Shown here: piece after piece, positions 1 through 7,960 of the stretch
How the letters are laid out: each line of letters opens with the position of its first letter
Numbering within the stretch: the stretch's first letter is position 1
Source: Octopus sinensis
Lineage: Eukaryota
Assembly (NCBI RefSeq): GCF_006345805.1
Contig: NW_021827279.1
Span: forward strand, 1 to 10,883
DNA length: 10,883 bases
Direction: 5' to 3'
Position numbers and translations under genes: made by a program
Notes under the pieces: model-generated
Database searches by the model: none
What the model was told of the DNA's origin: nothing
The model's input: the letters and a program-made list of their open reading frames with translations, nothing else

Positions 1-51
1 AGAAAAGGCTTGTGAAGCACATTCGTTCCTTCGATCCCTTGGCGACATATA

Positions 52-269
52 CGTGTTGGTGCTGAAATGTTCCTGACTCTGAGTAAAAGAAAATTCAGCA
101 GAATATAAGTGTGTTATGATTTTTTTCAACATAATCTCCTCTCAGATTCACACATTTATTGCAGCGGTCCTTCAGTTTTTGTAACCCTTGTAAGATCCTG
201 GAAAGATTGGACTTCCAGCCAGGCATTTTCCAACACTCTTAAAGCAAGAAACTTTTCAGCACCCCTTTG
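52..269 (-). mobile_element. Mariner-derived MITE, copy 1, retaining the transposase C-terminus
   Basis: Imperfect TIRs: left CGTGTTGGTGCTGAAATGTTCCTGACT after TA at 50-51; right AGCAAGAAACTTTTCAGCACCCCTTTG. Minus strand 187..122 reads GLQKLKDRCNKCVNLRGDYVEK, resembling the irritans-subfamily (Himar1) C-terminus GIKKLEGRYNRCIALEGNYVE. Homologous to 354-555 and 2608-2807. Confidence 0.85.
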
Positions 270-274
270 AATGT

Positions 275-298
275 CTGTGTGTATGTGTGTGTGTGTGT

Positions 299-334
<36 letters not shown>

Positions 335-353
335 ATGCACACACATACACACA
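275..353. repeat. (GT)n/(CA)n microsatellite between two MITEs
   Basis: Direct reading; source of the poly-HT ORF 156..350. Confidence 0.95.
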
Positions 354-555
354 CCAGGGTGTGCTGAAAAATTCTGGCTGTGAGTAAAGGACTGGTTAAT
401 TATGATTTTATTCAGCATATTCCCCTCTCAGATTCACACTTACGGCAGCGAGCCTTCAATTTTACTAAACCCTGGAAAAAGAACACTTAAGTTTGGACCA
501 CAACCCAGGCCTTTCACAATAACCTTAGACCCAGGAACTTTTCAGCACCTCTCCT
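354..555 (-). mobile_element. Mariner-derived MITE, copy 2
   Basis: TIRs CCAGGGTGTGCTGAAAAATTCTGGCT and CCAGGAACTTTTCAGCACCTCTCCT. Minus strand reads GLVKLKARCRKCVNLRGEYAE*. Internal sequence TATGATTTTATTCAGCATATTCCCCTCTCAGATTCACAC is shared with copy 1. Confidence 0.85.
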
Positions 556-755
556 TTATAAAGATGCCCGTATGTACATGGGATTGGAGTCGCTATACAC
601 GTACATCCACGTAGTTACGTATATGTATTTCAAGCTTCTGCTTTTCCATGTATGTTTGAGTGCATTCTGGTAAATAATTGAATATTGGAGGAAACAGTTT
701 CACCATTAAAAGACACGCCTATTGTCAATACAGGGAGGTATATACATAGAAGTAT

Positions 756-1400
756 GTGTATAGTATATATATATATATATAGACGTACATACACACAAAT
801 GTACACAATACACACACACACACACACATACATATTTGTATATACATAGATATGTTTGTATATGTGCATATATCTGTGTGTGTATGCGCGCGCGCGTGTG
901 TGTGTGTGTGGGTGTGCGCGCATGTATATGGAGAGAAATTAACAAGGGCGACATTTCTATAGATATATATTTATTAGTTTCAATGTCTATGCAGATGTGA
1001 GTGTACATATATATATATATAATATATACATATACCATATATGGAGATATGAATGTGAATGTGTGTGGGGTGTACACATGTGTATATATATATATATATA
1101 ATATATATATAATATAATATATATATATATATATAATATATACACATTCATAATATTATATATAAATATACCATATATATATATAATTTATATGCATATA
1201 TATGCGTATATATATGCGTGTATATGTATATATGTATATATACATATATGTATATATGCGTATATATGCGTATATATACATATATATGCGTATATATGCG
1301 TATATATGCGTATATATGTATATATTTAGATATATATGTATATATAAATATACATATACAAATATATCTGTGCATATATATATATAAATACCCACTCATA
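756..1400. repeat. Compound low-complexity tract: (TA)n, (CA)n, (GC)n, (GT)n and a 10-bp TATATATGCG minisatellite (~1195-1320)
   Basis: Direct reading; TATATATGCG recurs about seven times with TATATATGTA/TATATATACA variants. Confidence 0.9.
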
Positions 1401-1504
1401 TGCTTACACTAATCTGTCTAAATATAGGCTCAACAGTTTGTAAAAGTTCCTTTATTTTCCAAGAAAATACAACGTAGCAATTGATATGCATTTCTCGCAG
1501 ATAT

Positions 1505-1673
1505 ATACTTATAAATATGCATATATGCACATGTGCATATATATGTGTGCGTGAGTGTGTGTGTGCGTGTGTGTGCGCATATATATATGCACGGTGTATA
1601 TATATATTTATATATACACCCATATATATATTGACGTACATACATACCTATATATATAGATAAAATATATATA

Positions 1674-1724
<51 letters not shown>

Positions 1725-1742
1725 TATATATATATATTTACA

Positions 1743-1773
<31 letters not shown>

Positions 1774-1981
1774 TGATATGAATATATTATGAAATCTAAA
1801 TAGTCTATACTGAATACAATTAAAGTCTGTATATAATAATTGCCTCTATGATACTATTGGCTAAATTTCAAGATCTCTGTTTCGTGTGTGTGTGACTATA
1901 TTTCCACTTTTGCACATACGTGTGTCTGTTTGTATGTATGTGTATATATACATATATTAAATATATGTATATATGTATATA

Positions 1982-2051
<70 letters not shown>

Positions 2052-2125
2052 TACATACATGTATACACAAATACAAACATTTAAATACATGCATACATAT
2101 ATACATATCTACATACATTTATGCA
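1505..2125. repeat. Compound (TA)n/(GT)n microsatellite region; long near-pure (TA)n runs at ~1677-1717 and ~1989-2043
   Basis: Direct reading. Confidence 0.9.
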
Positions 2126-2477
2126 AATGCATCAATGTGTATAGTTGAAAGCTACACTGCAGTCATTTGCGTGTATTTGTATGTGATACTGTTTAATTAT
2201 ATACGCTAACCAGCCACTTGTGGTATCTCTATATACTGCGATTTGTGCGTGTACGTGCGTGTGTGTGCGTACACTCATATACACACTCACACTGACATGC
2301 AATACAAATGCTGCCTTAGTATATGCAGACAGAAAGATGAATAGAAAAGATAGATAGATAGATATTCATATTAAACGGACGTAAAATGTAACAGATAAAG
2401 AAGTCAATGCATTTCATAGCGTATTAGCAAATAATTACATACACATGCACGTGCGCAACATACACACTTATAACTGT

Positions 2478-2556
<79 letters not shown>
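2478..2556. repeat. Pure (GT)n microsatellite, about 39 units
   Basis: Direct reading. Confidence 0.97.
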
Positions 2557-2558
<2 letters not shown>

Positions 2559-2607
2559 ATGTATGTATTTATATATATGTATATATATATATATACACAC
2601 AACCACA

Positions 2608-2807
2608 CGATTGGGTACTGAAAAGTTCTTAGCTCTTAGGGTCTCAACAAAGACCTGGCTTGAGGCCCAAACTTTTGACTTTTTTGACGGGGCTTAGAAC
2701 ATTTGAACAACCGCTGCAATAACTGTGTGGATCCAAGATCGGAATAAGTTGAATAAAATCATAATTAACGGACCTTCCTGAGCCAGGAACTTTTCAGCTA
2801 TCCCTCT
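2608..2807 (+). mobile_element. Mariner-derived MITE, copy 3, opposite orientation to copies 1 and 2
   Basis: TIRs CGATTGGGTACTGAAAAGTTCTTAGCT and AGCCAGGAACTTTTCAGCTATCCCTCT, followed by TA at 2808-2809. Plus strand reads TWLEAQTFDFFDG then, after a frameshift, GLEHLNNRCNNCVDPRSE*VE*. Confidence 0.85.
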
Positions 2808-2854
2808 TATAATGTGCACAAACAAATATGCATATATATCTATATATATATATC

Positions 2855-3218
2855 GTGACATTCCATTGGTTATGACGACGCGAGTTCCAGTTGATGAGAT
2901 CAACGGAACAGCCTGCTCGTGAAATTAACGTGCAAGTGGCTGAGCACTCCACAGTCACGGGTACCCTTAACATAGTTCTTGGGGATATTCAGCGTGACAC
3001 AGGGTGTAACAAGGCTGGCTCTTTGAAATACACGTACAACTGAAACAGGAAGAAAGCTGTGGTGAAAGAATACAGCAGAGTTCCCCACGACGCCTTGTCG
3101 GAGCATCGTGGAGCTTTGGATGTTTTCACTCAATAAACACTCACAACGACCGGTCTGGGAATCGAAACCATGATCCTACGACTGCGAATCCGCTGCCTTG
3201 ACCCTGGGCCACTATGCC
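2855..3218 (-). mobile_element. tRNA-derived SINE, family B, near full length
   Basis: Minus strand starts GGCATAGTGGCCCAGGGTCAAGGCAGCGGATTCGCAGTCGTAGGATCATGGTTTCGATTCCC (A- and B-box-like). The body is colinear with the plus-strand copy at 4362-4870, e.g. GTGGAGTGCTCAGCCACTTGCACGTTAATTTCACGAGCAGG. Confidence 0.85.
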
Positions 3219-3267
3219 TACAATATATAATTAAGCCAAAAATATAGAAGCTCAAATAAAAAACAAC

Positions 3268-3432
3268 AACGTGTGGATATGGTACATGTAAAGTATTAGC
3301 AGACGCTCAGGGAAGGAAAGAAAGATGGTTTAACGTTTCGTGCAACGCTATTCTTCAGAAACAGAGGAAAGTCCAATAGAAAGGAAGACGGAGGAAGAAA
3401 CTCGCCAACTATTCACATGCGGTTACATCTTG
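3268..3432 (-). mobile_element. Putative Penelope-like terminal-repeat fragment carrying a decayed hammerhead motif
   Basis: Non-microsatellite block between an A-rich run and (TA)n, containing the hammerhead core listed separately. Assignment to Penelope-like elements is an inference from the motif type; boundaries are approximate. Confidence 0.4.
3328..3362 (-). ncRNA. Degenerate minimal type I hammerhead ribozyme motif
   Basis: Minus strand: GUUU-CUGAAGA-A-UAGC-GUU-GCAC-GAA-ACGU-U-AAAC. Stem I GUUU/AAAC is 4 bp, the core is intact and helix III is the palindrome ACGU. Only 2 of 4 stem II pairs remain. Confidence 0.6.
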
Positions 3433-3530
3433 ATATATATATATATATATATTATATATTATATGTATATATATATATGTTTATGTTGTGTGTGTGTGTG
3501 TGTGTTGTGTGGTGTGTGGTGTGTGTGTGT
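3432..3530. repeat. (TA)n and (GT)n microsatellite
   Basis: Direct reading. Confidence 0.9.
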
Positions 3531-3664
3531 CTATGCCATTGTGGAGATCATGTGGTTCATCACGCTCCAGGTGCTACGAAAGTCGACTTCTTCCGGGTTA
3601 GAAAACAGCGGACAGAGAGAAGTCTCCGGGAACGACAGGAAATGACCAATGTACAGGACTTATA

Positions 3665-3727
3665 ATTTATTTATCAGCCCTGAAATGATGACAGGCGAAT
3701 TTGGCCTCAGCAAGATTTGAACTCACT
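3665..3727 (-). mobile_element. Short decayed fragment of another tRNA-derived SINE (B-box region and following body)
   Basis: Minus strand GAGTTCAAATCTTGCTGAGGCCAAATTCGCCTGTCATCATTTCAGGGCTGATAAATAAAT begins with a B-box-like GAGTTCAAATC. It resembles, from memory, an abundant octopus SINE. Confidence 0.45.
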
Positions 3728-3988
3728 GAGTCACAAATAAATTAATCCATATTCGAATGTTGATGCAAATTTACATGTTTACAAGACATGGTTATTAATT
3801 TTTACACGACTTCGGAAAATACTTGTAAAATGATTTCTATATTTTCTAATACTATATAAGATACAAATGTTTATTGAAATCATTTAGTTAATTGTCTAAC
3901 GGATAGTTACTTAGTTTTCTTGATGTAAAATCAGGATGCCAAGTAGTAGTAGGCATTGAAAACTCTAAGACATTAGGTGAGGGAGGAG

Positions 3989-4020
<32 letters not shown>

Positions 4021-4361
4021 GTACAGTGAAAATATAACGATTCATAGAGAAAAAGAGAGAGAAGCGAAGTAGGCAAGTATTTAAAACGGCCATGCAATGT
4101 CATGAAGTTGTCAGCAAGGAATAAATAGCAACAGAAATGTTTCTGTTATGAACAGAATAAGAAGGAACTGTGCATTAAGAATGCGCACCTGGTATTTAAA
4201 AATTTATCAAGTTTTGAACATTTCAAATTTGTACGTTTTAAACAGCGGAGATACGATTTTGTATTTTTTTTTTAGTTTCTCATTTTCATTTTTTTTTTCT
4301 TTTCTTTTTTTTTTACCATTTCCGGCTCCTTCTTTTCCATTTCCATGTATTCCGTACGGTT

Positions 4362-4870
4362 GGAGACGCAATGGCCCAGCGGTTAGGGCAGCGGACTCGC
4401 GATCGTAGGATCGCGATTTCGCTTCCCCGACCGAGTGTTTATTGAGCGAAAATACCTAAAAAGCTCCACGAGGTTCCGACAGGGATGGGCAATTGCGAAC
4501 CCTGCTGTACTTTTTCACCACAACATTCGGGGACGTTGGATCGCAGTTTCGATCCAGACCGGACCTTCTGAGTTTTTATTGAGCGAAAACACCTAAAGCT
4601 CCACGAAGCTGTGCCAGGAGGTGGCAGCGAACCCTGCTGTACTTTTTCCCCACAACATTCTCTCACTCTTTTTTCCTGTTTCTGTTGTACCTGTATTTCA
4701 AAGGGGACCAGTCTTGTCACACTGTGTGTTACGCTGAATTTCCCCGAGAACTACTTTACGGGTACACGTGTCTGTGGAGTGCTCAGCCACTTGCATGTTA
4801 ATTTCACGAGCAGGCCGCTCCGTTGATCGGATCAACTGGAACCCTCGTCGTCGTAACCGACGGAGTTCCA
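4362..4870 (+). mobile_element. tRNA(Arg)-like SINE, family B, with a ~130-bp internal duplication
   Basis: Head GGAGACGCAATGGCCCAGCGGTTAGGGCAGCGGACTCGCGATCGTAGGATCGCGATTTCG with A box TGGCCCAGCGG at 4372-4382. Segment ~4396-4528 is repeated at ~4527-4660. The 3' body matches the copy at 2855-3218. Confidence 0.85.
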
Positions 4871-5223
4871 CTCCTTACGTAATTTTAAAATTTTAAGAGT
4901 TATTCTTCTCCGATGCGCTATGCAAGAATTGACTCCAGTTTAGCAGCAGTTGAGAAATGACTATTTGTGGTACCTTTTACAATTTAGACGAAAGACAATT
5001 TCTCTGTGGCTCAACTTCTTGGTTCCAGAAGGTTATTGATGAGGTCAAGAAGTTTAGCCATGAGATGAACGAATCAGATGTTTTCACCTAAAAGTAGTCG
5101 GTAGGAAAAAAATTAATGCTTATTAATTTCCAGCAGAATGATAATAAAACGTAGATATTAACATTCGACCCATACAACCTCTTACTGGAACTAACCGGTT
5201 ATGTCACTATTTCGTGCAATATT

Positions 5224-5307
5224 GCGGGCATATGGCGTAGTGGTTAAGAGCGCCGGCTACTAAACCCAAGATTCTGAGTTCGATTCCTGGCAGTGACCTG
5301 AGTAATA

Positions 5308-5338
<31 letters not shown>

Positions 5339-5520
5339 AATAATAACATCGAAAAATACTTTATGAATGAGAACCCAGGTTTGAAATTTCCCCAAGACAC
5401 CTGATGAAGGCTGGAAGGTATACCAGCTGAAACGTTGTGTTAACAACACACAAAGTGAGGACAAATATTCGTCAAATGTAAATAATGTAAATAATTCCTC
5501 ATCTCTTAAACATAGAACTG
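5224..5520 (+). mobile_element. tRNA-derived SINE, family C, with internal (AAT)n and a hammerhead-containing 3' half
   Basis: A box TGGCGTAGTGG at 5233-5243; B box AGTTCGATTCC at 5277-5287; (AAT)n at ~5303-5346. Flanked by the direct repeat AATATT(GC) at 5218-5225 and 5522-5529 (candidate TSD). No internal T4; first T-run of 4 or more is T6 at 5560-5565. Confidence 0.8.
5396..5441 (+). ncRNA. Minimal type I hammerhead ribozyme motif (Penelope-type, palindromic helix III)
   Basis: GACAC-CUGAUGA-A-GGCUGG-AAGGUAUA-CCAGCU-GAA-ACGU-U-GUGUU. Stem I GACAC/GUGUU is 5 bp; stem II GGCUGG/CCAGCU is 6 bp including one G-U. Conserved CUGAUGA and GAAA are present. Predicted cleavage after GUU (5436/5437). 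Confidence 0.72.
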
Positions 5521-5559
5521 TAATATTGCTCTCGTTGCTTAATTAAATGAAATTATAAG

Positions 5560-5565
5560 TTTTTT
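5560..5565 (+). terminator. Possible Pol III terminator (T6) for the family C SINE
   Basis: First run of 4 or more T downstream of the A/B boxes at 5233-5287. Confidence 0.4.
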
Positions 5566-6752
5566 AGATTTTTACAATATTTCATAATTAAATTTTAAGC
5601 ACTCATGTTCATTTAAATATCTTCGAAAGCATGTAAAAGTTAAAAAATAGAAATATATTCTCAAATTATGAAAATGTACCACTGGTGGTGCATATGGCAG
5701 CGGTGTGAAGTTTGCAATGAACTATCAGTGGTAGTTAATGCGTTAAATTCGTCTTCATGAAAGAGAATAAAGTATTTTAAAAAATATATCCAGTAAAAAG
5801 ACATTTGGCCGTCTTGCAAACAGAAAGGTAATTCTAACAAGTAAAAACTCTAATTTGAGCAAAATATGATAATAAAATTGATAAATTTGCAAAATTACTG
5901 CTTACTGCAATATTCAGTGCGGCAAAGGCTCAACCGTGAAGAAAGACATGGTTTCTTATGAACAATTAAAGGACAACGAAAAATTCTAAAATAAATCTTT
6001 TTAAATAAATTATTTTAGTTAAAGTGTGTAGATGTTTTGAAAAACTGTAGTTAGAGAGTGATACATTAGATAATTGAAAATAAGTTAAAAATAAGTGTAA
6101 ATTGTGATATTTTATGAGATAAATGAGGTCCAAACAAGAATCCTTAGAAAAGCGTCAAATCGAAGAATGAGATATAAGTAAGAAAATCAAGATTATTAAA
6201 AAATATTTCTAACAGTTACTTCAAACGATGGAAAAATAAAACCGCTCTCTGACGCTGATCAGATACGAATTTATAAAGATGAACTCCTTTAATCATCTAT
6301 GTAGAATGAGCTATCAAAATGTATCTACGCTTGTTTGCTTTCTAAAACGTAGGCGTTATATACTACAGGTTAATTTCATTTAGATTTATCTTCACAATTA
6401 AGAAACATTATAAAATGGAAGCTAACTATAACTTAAATTACCTAAACAATTAAATATGATTTCAGCTTTCATATACATGCTCTTTGGGCATAAGACAAGT
6501 ATTAATTAAGTCATCACGTCGTTCATAAAAAAAGCTATATACTAATTAATAGGTGCACTTCAGTTGCATTCTGAATTTTTCTAATGATTTCAATAGTGTT
6601 TACTATTCAGTATCCTCGTATCCTTGTAAACAGGGGGCAGGGGATGGGAAGTAGTTATCACTGAGATGTAGTCAATTAGTCACGAAACATGTCAGGTCAG
6701 AATGGCCTTCCATACATTTATGTGTTCCAGGAAAATCATTTGTGTGTGTCTG

Positions 6753-6787
<35 letters not shown>

Positions 6788-6788
6788 G

Positions 6789-6909
6789 GGCGCAGGAGTG
6801 CTTGTGTGGCAAGAGGCTTGCTTCCCAACCACATGGTTTCGGGTTCAGTCCCGCTGAGAGGCACCTTGGACAAGTGTCTTCTACTATAGGGTCGGGCTAA
6901 ACAAAGCCT
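6789..6909 (+). mobile_element. tRNA-derived SINE, family A, 3'-truncated
   Basis: GGCGCAGGAGTGCTTGTGTGGCAAG...GGGTTCAGTCCC...GGCACCTTGGACAAGTGTCTTCTACTATAG; reverse-complement match to 7203-7299 and ~7837-7960. Confidence 0.85.
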
Positions 6910-7101
6910 ATACTTTGATCATATCTATTTTTATTCTTCTGTACACTAATGTCCATCTAGATCTCATTGTAGCGTCCTATTTTTCTATTGTAGGCCCCTT
7001 GAACTCATAATAATAATAAAAGAGTTTGTGTCAGCTCCACCTTACGTATTTTTCTGGACATTTATCCCTATGTAAATGACTTCCTCTGAGATTGTTTTGT
7101 G

Positions 7102-7299
7102 TGTTGTGGGGAGGGGGTTACAAACACAGACACTCAAACATATACACACACATACATATATATACATATATACGAGGGGCTTCTTTCAGTTTCCGTCGGC
7201 CAAGTAGAAGACACTTGCCCAAGGTGCCACGCAGTCGAACTGAACCCGGAACGATGTGGTTCGTAAGCAAGCCACTTAACACACAGCTACGCCTGCGCC
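7102..7299 (-). mobile_element. tRNA-derived SINE, family A, internally deleted and 3'-truncated
   Basis: GTAGAAGACACTTGCCCAAGGTGCCACGCAGT...CCTGCGCC matches 7865-7960; ACAAACACAGACAC matches 7762-7775. Confidence 0.85.
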
Positions 7300-7570
7300 T
7301 ACAAATATTATATATAAAATCTATTTACGGAAACTGAAGGATGAGCTGAGTAAGTTTCAGTCCTGCGTTGGGATATCATCATAAATTAAATAAAATTCTG
7401 AACTCTCCTCGGAAAACACAGCTTATAGCATATTATTAATAGGCACATAGGTAACTGAGATAAGCAGATTCGCCTCTACCAAGTATAAACATCGATACAG
7501 TTACAAATCTTCTTTAAATTTTCATACGTTTTTGCACCTAAAATATTTTTCCTTTGTATAATTTCATTAA

Positions 7571-7960
7571 CTCTTTTACTCTTTTACTTGTTTCAGCCAT
7601 TTGACTGCGGCCATGCTGGAGCACCGCTTTTAGTTGAGCAAATCGACCCCAGGACTTATTCTTTGTAAGCCTAGTACTTATTCTATCGGTCTCTTTTGTT
7701 GAACCGCTAAGTTACGGGGATGTAAACACACTACCATCGGTTGTCAAGCGATGTTGGGGGGACAAACACAGACACAGAAATACACAGATATATATCTATA
7801 TATATATATATATGTTTCTGTCTACCAAATCCACTCACAAGGCTTTGGTCGGCTCGAGGCTATAATGGAAGACACTTGCCCAAGGTGCCACGCAGTGGGA
7901 CTGAACCTAGAACCATGTGGTTCGTAAGCAAGCTACTTACCACACAGCTACTCCTGCGCC
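7571..7960 (-). mobile_element. tRNA-derived SINE, family A, near full length, with central (TA)n and a (TAAAAGAG)n tail
   Basis: Head GGCGCAGGAGTAGCTGTGTGGTAAG at 7960 running leftward; central microsatellite ~7785-7813; 3' end CATGGCCGCAGTCAAATGGCTGAAACAAG followed by an 8-bp tandem tail (CTCTTTTA x2 on plus). Confidence 0.88.

Noticed and set aside
156-2697. ORF-track proteins rich in YI, HT or CV repeats
   Set aside because: They are translations of (TA)n, (CA)n and (GT)n microsatellites; the only complex parts are MITE sequence.
5224-5298. tRNA gene
   Set aside because: A and B boxes are present, but there is no clean acceptor stem and it continues into a SINE body. The same applies to the heads at 4362, 6789 and 9665.
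5794-5833. Micro-exon ending at the donor-like AAG/GTAATT
   Set aside because: The upstream AG has no polypyrimidine tract and the peptide is unrecognisable.
7327-7340. ACGGAAACTGAAG, an inverted match to SINE sequence at 7183-7196
   Set aside because: Only about 13 bp with no extension; chance or an uninformative fragment.
7400-7570. Left TIR of the maT element displaced by the SINE insertion
   Set aside because: No match to the candidate right end (CGTAGTGTAGCGGTAAATG) was found.
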